Shown here piece after piece: positions 18,592-29,354 of a DNA stretch of 64,000 nucleotides. The notes below the pieces were generated by a model that worked only from the letters and a program-made list of their open reading frames with translations, had not been told where the DNA came from and did no database searches. The DNA is from Promethearchaeota archaeon (GTDB lineage: Archaea > Asgardarchaeota > Lokiarchaeia > Sigyniarchaeales > SOKP01): contig JBHLNF010000002.1 of assembly GCA_048937405.1 (NCBI GenBank), forward strand, positions 128,001-192,000. Reading direction: 5' to 3'. Each line of letters starts with the position of its first letter. Position 1 is the stretch's first letter. The position numbers were made by a program, and so were the translations under genes.

Positions 18592-19146
18592 GTGAAAATT
18601 AAAATGACTAAACTATTATTTGAACTCAACGATGTAATTCATAGAAAATTTAAGACCTTCTGCATTAATAAAGGAACAACCATGAAAAAGGAATTAAACA
18701 AATATATCGAGATTCTCCTTAAGGAAAATGACTCTGATCTAAATACAGAAGATCTTACAAAAGCTATTACTGAAAAAGAACGTAAAGAAAAATGGGAATT
18801 AGCTTTAAAACAATATAAAAAGAAAAAAGAATCAAAGAAGGAAAAAAAGAAATATAAACAAAAACAAAGACGTATACAATATGAAGAAGCAGAAAAACTT
18901 TATCATCAGAATAAAATCGTTAAATTACAAGAAAAGAGAGAAGATCTTATTAGAGAATTAGTTAGAAAGAATCCTTTTCTCGATCCCTGGGGGTATGAAT
19001 TTGATAAAGAAATTATACCAGAAATCGAAGAATTTAATAGTAGATATACTCTGAGAGGTCTAATAGCTTTACCTGATCAGACTTTAATAAACATTTGGTA
19101 TAAATTCCAACAAGAAGAAGTAAATAAATTAGAAGGTGATTTTTAA
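18592..19146 (+). CDS. Ribbon-helix-helix (ParG-like) domain protein with basic coiled coil
   Basis: KLLFELNDVIHRKFKTFC...TTMKKELNKYIE RHH pattern. Confidence 0.6.
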   Translation: MKIKMTKLLFELNDVIHRKFKTFCINKGTTMKKELNKYIEILLKENDSDLNTEDLTKAITEKERKEKWELALKQYKKKKESKKEKKKYKQKQRRIQYEEAEKLYHQNKIVKLQEKREDLIRELVRKNPFLDPWGYEFDKEIIPEIEEFNSRYTLRGLIALPDQTLINIWYKFQQEEVNKLEGDF

Positions 19147-19324
19147 AATGTGTACAAAAGAAGAAGCTATGAGAAAACTTGTAGAATTTATGACTCCTGA
19201 AGAATTTACTGAATCTCTTCAGGAGACTGAATCATCTTATAATTATCTTAAAGAAGTATGCTCAGATTTGCAATTACAGTTAAAAATCCTGCGTGAAACT
19301 ATTGCCGAAAAACGAAGCAATTGA
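19136..19324 (+). CDS. Small coiled-coil protein
   Basis: Overlaps neighbours; SD-like AGGTGA before MCTKEE. Confidence 0.55.
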   Translation: MIFKMCTKEEAMRKLVEFMTPEEFTESLQETESSYNYLKEVCSDLQLQLKILRETIAEKRSN

Positions 19325-19760
19325 AAAAACTCTTTACAAATATCGAAAATTAGGAAAACAGCATCCAGATATTCCCAAGTGTGAGTTATGTGGTTGTCTT
19401 CTTAAAAAAGATCGTGAATGGGTTTGTCCTAACTGTGGTTTAGTTCACGACAAAATCTTAAATGGAGGAACTGAACGACCTGGTGATTTATCCTTCCAAT
19501 CTGAAGCAGATTTTTCTAAGTTCATGCGTGAAAGTTTAAACGATCGAGCTATTCATAAGAAGCTTCGAAAAAAAGTCTACTTTGAGGAGTATCACAAGGA
19601 TTATTATCAAGGATTTAAAACCGTTAATTTATACGTAGAAGTTCACGAAAAACTCAAAAAATTCTGCATCAGACATAAAATTAAACAATACGTGCTTATT
19701 TCGCAAGTTTTAGATATAATCCTACCAATTTTAGAAGAAAACGTGAATAAAAATGGTTAA
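19293..19760 (+). CDS. Zn-ribbon plus C-terminal RHH-like protein
   Basis: CELCG...WVCPNCGLV; KTVNLYVEVHEKLKKFC. Confidence 0.65.
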   Translation: MKLLPKNEAIEKTLYKYRKLGKQHPDIPKCELCGCLLKKDREWVCPNCGLVHDKILNGGTERPGDLSFQSEADFSKFMRESLNDRAIHKKLRKKVYFEEYHKDYYQGFKTVNLYVEVHEKLKKFCIRHKIKQYVLISQVLDIILPILEENVNKNG

Positions 19761-19965
19761 TAAGGAGAGATTTTGTACTAGCATTGAACTCAAGGGAGAT
19801 TACGCTGTTTATGTAAGAAAATTGAAAAATATGGGTTTTAATATCTCCAGATTTATACGAGAAGCAATTCAAAACTATGTGAAAATACATTCAAAAAATC
19901 TACAAAAATTAATCATGTTTGCGGATTCTATGAATAAACCTACTAAATTTATAAACGAAGAATAA
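19753..19965 (+). CDS. Ribbon-helix-helix DNA-binding protein
   Basis: TSIEL...NISRFIREAI. Confidence 0.7.
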   Translation: MVNKERFCTSIELKGDYAVYVRKLKNMGFNISRFIREAIQNYVKIHSKNLQKLIMFADSMNKPTKFINEE

Positions 19966-19976
19966 AAAAGAAGAAT

Positions 19977-21152
19977 TTAGTCAGAAGGTTTTATAACTTT
20001 ACCTTCTTTCTTTTGTTTTTCAATATATTTTTCAAACTTATCTTTATCGATCATAGGAAAAAAAGTATTAACCATCTCTTTCATTAAACTAAACTCTTTC
20101 TTCATGTTACTTATATCTCCTCTTAATTCGAAGTTTTCTTGTTTTAATTTCTTGACTTCTTCTGAAGTTCTATCGTACACTTCACAGTCAATGCAAATAT
20201 TTGGTTCTATTTTTAACCACTGCTTATAAAACCACTCAATATCGAGCAGGTTTTGATTATAACTTCTGCTTAAATTTGTAGCTTTATGACCTAGTAAATG
20301 CTCTCTAAATTCTGCATCAATTTCCCTTGATCTTCTTACCTGACTTGAGAAATATTTCCTAAACGTGTGAGTTTTAATATTTCCTTCTATACCCATTTCT
20401 TTACAAATTGCTTTTAATCTTCTAAGATAATTATTCTTATTAATCTTATTTCCCATTTTAGTTTCAAAGATAAATCCTCCTACAGATTCTATTAAATTTG
20501 ATAGTTCAGTAGGAAAAAACACATAATTAATTTTAACTCCTTCTTTCATTGTTTTAAAGTTTCTAATAAATGAATGATTTTTATACTTTTCAATCTTATA
20601 TTTAGGAGTACATTCAAGAATATCACTAATTCTAAATCCAGTTAATGCTTGGAATTTTAAGATTAATCTATATTCTGGTCTGTGTAAATTGACAAGAATC
20701 TTTTGAATAGTATTTCTATCCAAGATAATTTCATTAACATTTGAACCTGCAGAAACAGTTTGTAATCCATCACTTAAAGGAGATCCTCTATCAGAGTAAA
20801 AAGATTTAATTCTTGATTGAATCATATTCTTCACAGAACCTTCATTAACTCCATCTCGTAATAAACTGCTTAAATATGTGAGTAACCTTTTATTTCTTTC
20901 GTCAATTTCTTCCTCTAAGAATTCAGTAGGATTTTCACACTCGTAAAATCTACAGTAATCATTCAGAGGTTTTAAATAACCTGTGGTGTTAAATCTTGAA
21001 GGTATTTTTCCACTTCGTGCATATTTCTCTACTTTATGGACTATCCAGAGTTTTACATCATTATTCCTAAAGATTGGATATTTTTTCTCCCATTTCTCAA
21101 TTTTCTTCTGTCCAAATACTTCAGTTAAATTTAAATTTTTTAATTCTATCAT
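19977..21152 (-). CDS. Tyrosine recombinase/integrase
   Basis: TGFRISD (R), KTMK (K), HTFRK (H..R), LLGH, SYN (Y) catalytic set; TTTATAAA about 23 nt upstream suggests a leaderless transcript. Confidence 0.93.
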   Translation of the reverse strand: MIELKNLNLTEVFGQKKIEKWEKKYPIFRNNDVKLWIVHKVEKYARSGKIPSRFNTTGYLKPLNDYCRFYECENPTEFLEEEIDERNKRLLTYLSSLLRDGVNEGSVKNMIQSRIKSFYSDRGSPLSDGLQTVSAGSNVNEIILDRNTIQKILVNLHRPEYRLILKFQALTGFRISDILECTPKYKIEKYKNHSFIRNFKTMKEGVKINYVFFPTELSNLIESVGGFIFETKMGNKINKNNYLRRLKAICKEMGIEGNIKTHTFRKYFSSQVRRSREIDAEFREHLLGHKATNLSRSYNQNLLDIEWFYKQWLKIEPNICIDCEVYDRTSEEVKKLKQENFELRGDISNMKKEFSLMKEMVNTFFPMIDKDKFEKYIEKQKKEGKVIKPSD

Positions 21153-21294
21153 AGGTTACAGAAGGAAGATTTTATTTATAAACTTTATGCTGTGTACGGT
21201 AGATTTTTTATATAAAATCTTTATCATTTTTTTTATTTTTTGTCTCTCTTTACTTTTAATAAACTTTTTAGCCCATATTGAATTTAGTAAAAGA

Positions 21295-22044
21295 ATGAAA
21301 AGAGCAAATCAATTTCTAGAGAAATTAACTCGAATTTATTATCGAGTGAGTAATCCAAAATTAACTAAAATATGTATATATTGTAGCCTATCTATTTTTA
21401 TTTTAGGATTATTAATTGGTGTTTTGATTGCTTCAATTTTTGGTTCACAAGGGTATCAAATATGGTATAATTATATAAGTGACCTAGGTTCAATCAGATA
21501 TACACCAGCACCATTCATTCTTGATTTAATAGCAATGATTACATCAGTTTTACTTATACCGATGTTTATTTATTTTGCAGATATATTAATACGAGGTTCA
21601 GTAGATATAATTTTAAATTCTAAAAATAAGATTCTTAAGAGAATTTATCATGGTATTTTGATAATAATCGCATTAATAGGTTTATTTTGGCTTATAGTCG
21701 GAGCTGTGGGTTTATTTGGAATTGGTTTATTTAGTGAAGACAGAACAACAGAATTAGGGCTTCATTTTTTTTTTTCTATTGTTGTCTTTTTGGGATTAGC
21801 TCTAGGAGCTTTTTTTAATGGTATAGTTCTTTTATTAAAAAAAACCACTTTTCCAATAATTTTAGGTATTTACATGATTTTAGTCCCTATCCCTATTGGA
21901 TTTCTGTTTTTATTTCCACCCTATCCATATACAGAACAGTTTCTTGAATGGATGATGTTCCTTACGGATTTGATATGGTTAATATATATCTCAGGTTTTT
22001 TACTGAAATATATTAAGAATAAAGAATTTCAAAGCGAAAAATAA
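21295..22044 (+). CDS. DUF998-like multi-pass membrane protein (start probably MKRANQ at 21295)
   Basis: NYISDLG, GIGLFSED...LHF, FLEW; about 6 TM segments. Confidence 0.75.
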   Translation: MKRANQFLEKLTRIYYRVSNPKLTKICIYCSLSIFILGLLIGVLIASIFGSQGYQIWYNYISDLGSIRYTPAPFILDLIAMITSVLLIPMFIYFADILIRGSVDIILNSKNKILKRIYHGILIIIALIGLFWLIVGAVGLFGIGLFSEDRTTELGLHFFFSIVVFLGLALGAFFNGIVLLLKKTTFPIILGIYMILVPIPIGFLFLFPPYPYTEQFLEWMMFLTDLIWLIYISGFLLKYIKNKEFQSEK

Positions 22045-22103
22045 GATTTTATTAGGTTTTTTTAGAAGAAATAAGAAAATTTTTCAAAAATATTACATAT
22101 TTG

Positions 22104-22830
22104 TTATTCTAAAATCTGTTTTCTGCGGAAAATTGATATTAGTGATGCAATTGCAATAATCGTTATTGGTATCATCAGAATAGTGGTATAACCAGAAACA
22201 GCACCAGGTGATGATGGTTTTTTGATTACTGTATATTCAAATGGATCTCCTGAGTCACTTTTTCGAATTGATTTGCCCCCATCATTATCCCATGCTACAA
22301 CATACCATAAAGATCTTGTATTATATTTTTGAGCGGGAATTTTTCCTTCCCAAACTCCAGACATTGGGGATTCATCAGAGAGAAAGCTATAATTTCAAAT
22401 AGCTCCATCATCTATAGAATACAAGATTAACGCTTCTTGTATTCCAACCTCAACAAAAATATCAACAGTCACTATTGGGGAATCATCTGGACATGGATAA
22501 TGATTATCATCATTTGAGTCTAAATCAACAACGGGAACTTTAATTACAGGAGGAATATAATCAAATGTATCATGTTCGAGAGGATTAGAATTAATATAGG
22601 TCAATGAATATTGTCTAAAAACAATGGTTTCAATTTCAACATACTGAACGAGATCAGAGCACGCTGACGTGAACTGAGTATAAGAAAAGATTGCGCCTGT
22701 ATAAAATGGATTTAGTGAGGTGGTGTACGTAGGGAGCTTTTGGGCGAATCATTTAACTCATCACTATCAATAGCACGAGTGTATGGTGTTGAAATAGGAA
22801 TCACAAAGATCAGGCTTAGAGTATGTGGGT
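22104..22830 (-). pseudogene. Decayed secreted protein with Loki-CTERM-like C-terminal anchor
   Basis: 22395..22604 and 22104..22364 are in the same frame, split by one TGA (YSIDDGAI*NY); C-terminus VSGY + TM + RRK; signal-peptide-like remnant near 22830 interrupted by a stop and a frame change. Confidence 0.6.
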
Positions 22831-22904
22831 AAAAGAAGCGTTTTTGGAAATAGAAAAATTGGATGATTTGAGATGAAGAGGATTAGATGGAGTATGTTCT
22901 TGAG

Positions 22905-25900
22905 TCAGATTTTTTTTAACAAATTTTGTAAGTTAAAATTAATTATTGATAATCTCCCAATTAAATAATTAGCTTCATCTTCAGAGATACTGCCTTTTTC
23001 TGAGAAATAATTTATCATCGAAATAGTTAGTTCTAAGTTATATAGTGTATATTCTAAAATCCATTCAATATTATAATCCATTGAAATCTTGAATAATGCT
23101 AACTCTAGAAACCCTATAGAATGAGAATTCATACATCTAACACAAATCCCAGCACAAGATTGAATTTCCTCTTCAATAAAATCCTGCAAATCAAGTAATT
23201 GAATTTCTATATATGCAATATCATAAGCCTGTTCTATACTGGTAGAGACGCCCTTTAAAATTACGATGTTATTCCTTATTTCATGGCAGGTATCAATTAT
23301 ATATTCAGTGTGATAGTCATTAATGCAATTGATCCTATTAAAAATCTTGATCTTATACTCAAAAATTTGTATATAATTATTTGCCATATAGCAATTATAG
23401 AGACCACATATAATCTCTCCACTCTCAAAAAAATCAAGTGCTTCGTTCAAACATTCTTGAGCTTGAGACAATTTCCAATTTAGAGATTTCTCTATTCCAT
23501 AGCATATATTCTCCCCTATGTATCTCTTTATTTCCTCTATTTGCCATTCTACATATTCATAGGTCTTTTCTAATGATATTTCAAAAGAAACAGAAATAAA
23601 AGATGATAATGAGTCACCTGGTAAGTCGTTGTCAGCATCAGTTACCTTTAATTCAATTTCATAAGTATTGGGATTCATTATCCATTGATTTTTTAGAATA
23701 AATGTATAAATGTCTACGGTTTGTATTTGGTCTATTGATTCTATTAAAGTTTTATTGATAAATATTTCAAATGACGCTATTCCACTCTCATCGAGTATTT
23801 TTAGAGAAACATTCACATAATGTATATCAACTGAAATTATTAAATCAGATAATTCTGGCGGAATTGTATCATCATCTAACACTTTAACTACTAAATCTTG
23901 AATAGCTGTAATAGTCTTTGTTTCTAAATTTTGTGTTATGTTTATCTTAAAATTAAAAGTAGAATTCTCATAAGGACTATTTTCCGGAATCTTAATAATT
24001 AGTTTAAGTAGTTTTTCTTCTTCACCTTTTAATCCTATAATATGTTTATTATCCATATTTTGAGTGAGTTTAGTGGAATTTACGAAAGTAATGTTGGTTA
24101 CGAAATCACTTGGTAGTCCTAATATTTCAATTTGAGGGGTAATTATATCATATACATCCTTCATTTTAATATTAACATCATTATACGCTTTAAAAAGAAA
24201 TTCTACTGTATCTCCATTTTTCACTTCTTTCTCCGATTCATCAAGTAATTCCAAGTTTATTTGATTATATTTCTCTGTTTTTGATTGTAATCTCATTCCA
24301 ATGGCATATAAAGTATAAAAATCAAAATATCGAGTGTTGGTAAAATTATTTAAACAATATGGTATGATTCTGTCCAATAATGTAAGACAAATCTGGAATT
24401 TACTATCATTAAACAGTTGCTTGGCTTGATTCATTTTATTCTCTAATTTATGAAGATTGTCAATAACCTCATCATTATCAATGATAGGCAAATTTAATCT
24501 ATTTATTTGTATCCAATAATGCTCCACAATAAACGAGTTTTCAATATTATTATATATTTGATTCATGTTATAAGAAAAGGGAACACTTTCAGTTGCTTTA
24601 GAAAAGACTCTACGAATATCTGAATCTGTATTACTTTGAATGATTACTTCCGTTAATTCCAAGGAATTATCATTGGAATCATCTTCTCTAAAATTAGCCT
24701 GCCTCTCTAGACATGTCAGATATCTTGAATCATATGCAAAATTATCACGTACTTGATCAATCATTTCATCTGAAAAGATATCAATCGATAGTTCATTAAC
24801 TTGGCTAAGAAGAGTTGTTATTATGAAAGCCAAGTCCTTACTATATTCTAAAGTCAATGTTTTAATGTTTTTTGAAAAATTCAAAGCATAATTGATTTGG
24901 TTTAATGCATGGGACCACTGATTTTCATTTACAGCTGTATGGTAACGATTCATACTAATATACATTCCAAATAAGTTCTTCTCACACTCATATGTCTTTT
25001 TTATAAAGGCGAGGGTTCTTCTTGCTAATGGATCTTCTTCTAAGAGTTCAGGAAAAAGATCAGTGGGTAAATCCATTATTTCAGGATTTGGTTTTTGGTC
25101 ATAATTTTGATCTATTGGATCCTTTCCATTTGCAATATCTATATAATCATATAACATAGAATTCATTCCCGACGCAAGTAGGGGTCCATAAATATAAGAC
25201 ATAAGTCCAACACCATCCATTATTTGACTAACATATTGAGCCATACTCATACTTAGGACTATTGAACCAATTTGTTTTAAAGCCCAAACTTGATCATCAG
25301 TTGGAATGAGTAGCATTTTCATAGAATAAAATCTATTATTTTCATTATAGTCAAACCCTAATGTTGCATTATCTTTAGTTGGAATATATAGAACATCCTT
25401 TAATTTATCGGGATTGTTTTCTTCATATTGAACATTCCAGAAAACTTTGTTTATTGTAGAATTATAATCTCTAGGATAATATAATTTCTCGATTCTAATA
25501 CCAAAATGAATAAGTGAGGTAATTTCCGAAAGAAGTGGGATGTTCTTAAATTGGAAATAATCATTAATTTTTTTATCTGTGTTTATCTTTGCTTCTTTAT
25601 ATTGATCCATAAATTTATCTGCAACTTCTGCGACTGCCTTGTACTTCCCCTTTGCAACCCTTGGTAAAAAAAAATCTAAAAATGTACTTACTCCTGATTC
25701 AAGAACCTCTCCTGCATTTGTTTCTCCTTTTTTATAATCAACCAACATACCTTTAATCAAATCTGAAAATATTGAAAGATTGTTTACTTTTAGCGTAAGA
25801 AAATTTTCAATTGTTATTATTTCCCCAGCATCAATCTCTATCCACAAATTACAGCTACCGATACCACCTGTTTGAATTGAAGAGGCAAAATCGTTATGAA

Positions 25901-27641
25901 AAAAAGTATCCTCAATAGTTTCTGGTGTTTGATCCCCGAATCCCTCATATAAATTTATTCTTCCTCCCTCAGTGTGTTTTATTATATTAAATGCAGTGGA
26001 ATTAATCTGCGTTGTTAATCTAGGACTATTTTCGAATTGTGTATAATTAAGTTGGAATCTTATCGGATAATTATTGGTGTTTATTAAAGTTAAGTTGAAA
26101 TATAGCTCAGTTGGTTCTGTAACCTGCTTAAAAGGTACAATACCATATTCTTCTTTTGTATAAGGATCATAATATCTAACATCAAAATCTGTATATATAT
26201 CATCAAAATTTGTAATAAGTTGTCCAATGTTTATCGTCTCTGGAGTAGGTAAAGGAGCAGCGGAAGATAATGTAAAGTTAAACTTCTCAGAATATAAAGT
26301 ATCATCCACTCTATCAGTATCGTTGTCGTCAGCTTGAACAGAAAAGTGTATATCTAATCCCTTCGGTAAATCTTTAAGTGAAAAAGCTACTCCAAATCTA
26401 TAGATTGGTATTGGAATAAAACCAAACCACCAAGAAGTTTCCCTTATCCTTGCTATAGGCCATGTTATAGAGAATTTGTTCGCATAATCATCTAACCATA
26501 TTTCTATATGTAGATTCCCTTGGTACATTATCTCATCATCAAAAGAATCATCCTCTACATATATAATTAAAGCATGATCATCATGGAAACCGTTTACCTG
26601 ATTCTCTTTTATTTTTCCGGGAAGATTCCACATTTTAGTTTCAAGTTCCAAATAGCCAAAGGCTGAATTCCAAGTAATGGTAGGATTCTCAGAATTATTT
26701 ACTACTGTAACTACATTGGATATTCGAGGTGGTGTAGTGTCATCGTCTATGATATTTATTGGGACCCATTCAATTTGTATGGGCAGAACTGGCCAATTAT
26801 CAGGATATTGCACCGAACTGACAACTTCATTAAATAAACTTACTTTAGCTTCAGCTTTATGCCAACCCCAAAAATCCCACCAATCCCATTCTATTTTGAA
26901 AAATATTTTTACACGAGAATCTAAGAAATGAGGATTCATAACGGCATCCAATCGAACTCCATAAACTCCCCATATACTACCTACCCAAGATTTTCCTGAT
27001 GGATGTCCAAAATGAAAATCGTCTTGATGTTCCTGAATATCTAATTGATGGACTTCATCAGGGTTTAGCAAATTTGGTAAAGGGACGTGCCATTCATCTA
27101 ACCATGCATCGACTCTTGTTATCCTTTCTCCAAGTGTACTCCCAGCTTTCACTTTAAATCTCATTCGAAACTCTTCATCATCATGTCTTATCAAACTCTC
27201 TAATGTAGGCAAACCATAATAACTACTCATCCCCAAATCATTAGCTGGAAATGTTAAGCTTGGACTATTATGCTTGACTAATTCTTGAGTTTCTTCTTTA
27301 GTCAAAGTACCGTTTTCATAACCCCATAATGCGAAGAGATAATTATTGAATAATAAGGTATCATTTTCAGACAAATAATAATAATCTGATAGTGTTAAAT
27401 TAAATTGTTCTAAAAGTCTATTCCTGTAATAGTTATATTGATCATTTGGATTATCTGGTACATTAGTCAAATTGCTAAAAAAATCTGATTCATCATTGAT
27501 ATTGAACCCTTTATTATCTTTTCGCTTATTTTCATTTATCATTAAGTTTGAATTTATTAATGTATATTTATTTATGGATAAATTAAATCCTAAGCAGACT
27601 ATTAATAATAACACTATTTTAGAAAAAATCTTGTTTTTCAT
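22905..27641 (-). CDS. Large secreted/surface protein of unknown function
   Basis: 1578 aa, signal peptide, two DDDT.PP..S / D.D.D..D.L Ig-like modules. Confidence 0.7.
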   Translation of the reverse strand: MKNKIFSKIVLLLIVCLGFNLSINKYTLINSNLMINENKRKDNKGFNINDESDFFSNLTNVPDNPNDQYNYYRNRLLEQFNLTLSDYYYLSENDTLLFNNYLFALWGYENGTLTKEETQELVKHNSPSLTFPANDLGMSSYYGLPTLESLIRHDDEEFRMRFKVKAGSTLGERITRVDAWLDEWHVPLPNLLNPDEVHQLDIQEHQDDFHFGHPSGKSWVGSIWGVYGVRLDAVMNPHFLDSRVKIFFKIEWDWWDFWGWHKAEAKVSLFNEVVSSVQYPDNWPVLPIQIEWVPINIIDDDTTPPRISNVVTVVNNSENPTITWNSAFGYLELETKMWNLPGKIKENQVNGFHDDHALIIYVEDDSFDDEIMYQGNLHIEIWLDDYANKFSITWPIARIRETSWWFGFIPIPIYRFGVAFSLKDLPKGLDIHFSVQADDNDTDRVDDTLYSEKFNFTLSSAAPLPTPETINIGQLITNFDDIYTDFDVRYYDPYTKEEYGIVPFKQVTEPTELYFNLTLINTNNYPIRFQLNYTQFENSPRLTTQINSTAFNIIKHTEGGRINLYEGFGDQTPETIEDTFFHNDFASSIQTGGIGSCNLWIEIDAGEIITIENFLTLKVNNLSIFSDLIKGMLVDYKKGETNAGEVLESGVSTFLDFFLPRVAKGKYKAVAEVADKFMDQYKEAKINTDKKINDYFQFKNIPLLSEITSLIHFGIRIEKLYYPRDYNSTINKVFWNVQYEENNPDKLKDVLYIPTKDNATLGFDYNENNRFYSMKMLLIPTDDQVWALKQIGSIVLSMSMAQYVSQIMDGVGLMSYIYGPLLASGMNSMLYDYIDIANGKDPIDQNYDQKPNPEIMDLPTDLFPELLEEDPLARRTLAFIKKTYECEKNLFGMYISMNRYHTAVNENQWSHALNQINYALNFSKNIKTLTLEYSKDLAFIITTLLSQVNELSIDIFSDEMIDQVRDNFAYDSRYLTCLERQANFREDDSNDNSLELTEVIIQSNTDSDIRRVFSKATESVPFSYNMNQIYNNIENSFIVEHYWIQINRLNLPIIDNDEVIDNLHKLENKMNQAKQLFNDSKFQICLTLLDRIIPYCLNNFTNTRYFDFYTLYAIGMRLQSKTEKYNQINLELLDESEKEVKNGDTVEFLFKAYNDVNIKMKDVYDIITPQIEILGLPSDFVTNITFVNSTKLTQNMDNKHIIGLKGEEEKLLKLIIKIPENSPYENSTFNFKINITQNLETKTITAIQDLVVKVLDDDTIPPELSDLIISVDIHYVNVSLKILDESGIASFEIFINKTLIESIDQIQTVDIYTFILKNQWIMNPNTYEIELKVTDADNDLPGDSLSSFISVSFEISLEKTYEYVEWQIEEIKRYIGENICYGIEKSLNWKLSQAQECLNEALDFFESGEIICGLYNCYMANNYIQIFEYKIKIFNRINCINDYHTEYIIDTCHEIRNNIVILKGVSTSIEQAYDIAYIEIQLLDLQDFIEEEIQSCAGICVRCMNSHSIGFLELALFKISMDYNIEWILEYTLYNLELTISMINYFSEKGSISEDEANYLIGRLSIINFNLQNLLKKI

Positions 27642-27964
27642 TCAATTTCACCCTAAAATTTTGGATTACCCTAAAATATAATAATTATATATTTAACATT
27701 TTTGTCTATTTTTTAAGAAACAATTTGATTAATATTCCTATTAAAAGTATTAAGAATATTTTTTCATATTCTTCTACTATTTTTTTTGTATTAAAATTGA
27801 ATTTCGATCTCATTTGCTCTAAATATAAGGCAAATTTAAGTTAATTCTTAAGGTAATTTTATTATTGTTTAATATATAAATATATCTATAGAAAAAATTT
27901 TTTATCTAGTCTTATTATTTGATAATAGAGACCAAAAACAGCAATCAAATACCTAATTATTCAT

Positions 27965-28279
27965 ATGCCAAAAAAAACACGTAGAGACTACGATTATTAC
28001 AATCTAAACATTCCAAATGAACTTCGGATACTTTTTGAAGCATATTTACTCCACCATCCTAATTTAGGATTTAAGAGTGTATCTCAGTATTTATTACATG
28101 TATTACAGAATAAAGCAGAGGATTTAATAAAAGAAAATCCAGAATTGAAAAAAATAGATAATATTCAGATTAGTAATGTCATTTATAAGCTCCAAGAAAA
28201 TGGGACTTACGAGAAAGTAGCTGATAAGGAGAAATTATTAGATAAAATTGATGAATTATGGTATGATGATAAAAAATAA
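27965..28279 (+). CDS. Putative RHH-type regulator
   Basis: YYNLNIPNEL...GFKSVSQYL pattern. Confidence 0.55.
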   Translation: MPKKTRRDYDYYNLNIPNELRILFEAYLLHHPNLGFKSVSQYLLHVLQNKAEDLIKENPELKKIDNIQISNVIYKLQENGTYEKVADKEKLLDKIDELWYDDKK

Positions 28280-28365
28280 AATAGAAAAAATGAAACTTTT
28301 TGTAAAAATATTTAAATTGCATTAATTTAAGTTTATATAAAATTTTTTACGAATCTAAATAACTT

Positions 28366-29238
28366 ATGAGTAGAACCTATTCTACGATATTTTATAAAAA
28401 GTTAATTATTTGTTTCATCCTAATTGCAGCAGTAATTTTTGATATTATAGTTAGTCTTTTAATTTTCATCCCAAATTGGCATATAATTACTGATTTATTT
28501 ATAGTTTATAATTTTATTCAAGTACTTACAATATTTATTATTTTAAGGATTTTTATTTCACTATATGGAACTAAAATATTGTGGCAACAATGGTTAAAAC
28601 AGAGAAGTTTTTCTCTCTTTAATATACCTTTCCTTTTTGGACTTTTTTTCGCTATCTTTCTTGTAACAAAAACATTAGATTTAATGATATATATCCTTTA
28701 CAGAATGTACCTTTCTTATTCTTATCCCTATGATACAGCATTATTTATTTCAAAAATACGATATTTTTTGGGTTTATTTTCTACTATTCCAATTTTTCTA
28801 ATAGGATTATATTTATATTTATACAAGAAAAACCTCTTTAAAGAAGAATTTGATATTAACACCAGAATTAAAAGGAATGCTACTTTATGTACAATTTTAT
28901 ATTCCTCTTTATTAGTAATAATGCTAAGTCTTATTAACAATATTCAACATATTTCATTTTTGATACTTATTTGTGTATGCTGTTCATTTTCGTTCTCTAT
29001 TTGGTTTTTCATAGTAATTCATAGAGCTAAACGTTTACCTGAAATAAATAGTTTGATTATCAGTGTAGGTCTCATCTGTTATTTAATCGTTCAGCTTGTA
29101 AATCCTTTAATAGTCAATTTAGTAATGGGTTCTTCATTTGAAGGCGACATTTTAGCAGGAATATACTATGAAATAAGTCCTTTAATACCATCATTAATTA
29201 TTGTAATAGGTTTTAGAATTAAAGCGAATTATAACTAA
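28366..29238 (+). CDS. Multi-pass membrane protein (7-9 TM)
   Basis: Repeated hydrophobic segments. Confidence 0.7.
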   Translation: MSRTYSTIFYKKLIICFILIAAVIFDIIVSLLIFIPNWHIITDLFIVYNFIQVLTIFIILRIFISLYGTKILWQQWLKQRSFSLFNIPFLFGLFFAIFLVTKTLDLMIYILYRMYLSYSYPYDTALFISKIRYFLGLFSTIPIFLIGLYLYLYKKNLFKEEFDINTRIKRNATLCTILYSSLLVIMLSLINNIQHISFLILICVCCSFSFSIWFFIVIHRAKRLPEINSLIISVGLICYLIVQLVNPLIVNLVMGSSFEGDILAGIYYEISPLIPSLIIVIGFRIKANYN

Positions 29239-29354
29239 TTCTTCTTACCTTCAAGTATAAAATAAGATTATGAATTATTTAGCAATTAATTAAAAATCTA
29301 AGAAGTATAAAATATAAAATATCTGTTAGTAGATCTTACTTTTTATCGATTAGT

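Larger units (their letters stand above)
4362..21194. mobile_element. Integrated head-tail (Caudoviricetes-like) provirus, ~16.8 kb; ends approximate
   Basis: Contiguous, tightly packed terminase-portal-protease-capsid-neck-tail genes on the minus strand, divergent small regulators and a terminal tyrosine integrase; flanked by host-like genes. Confidence 0.9.

Noticed and set aside
20983-21294. N-terminal extension of the 353-aa ORF overlapping the integrase
   Set aside because: Antisense to the integrase and crosses the probable provirus boundary; real start likely 21295
22395-22397. In-frame TGA as selenocysteine or recoded codon
   Set aside because: Falls at the Trp position of a YS.D.G..W-type motif (likely TGG>TGA), the 5' part of the gene is also decayed, and TGA is a normal stop elsewhere in the window
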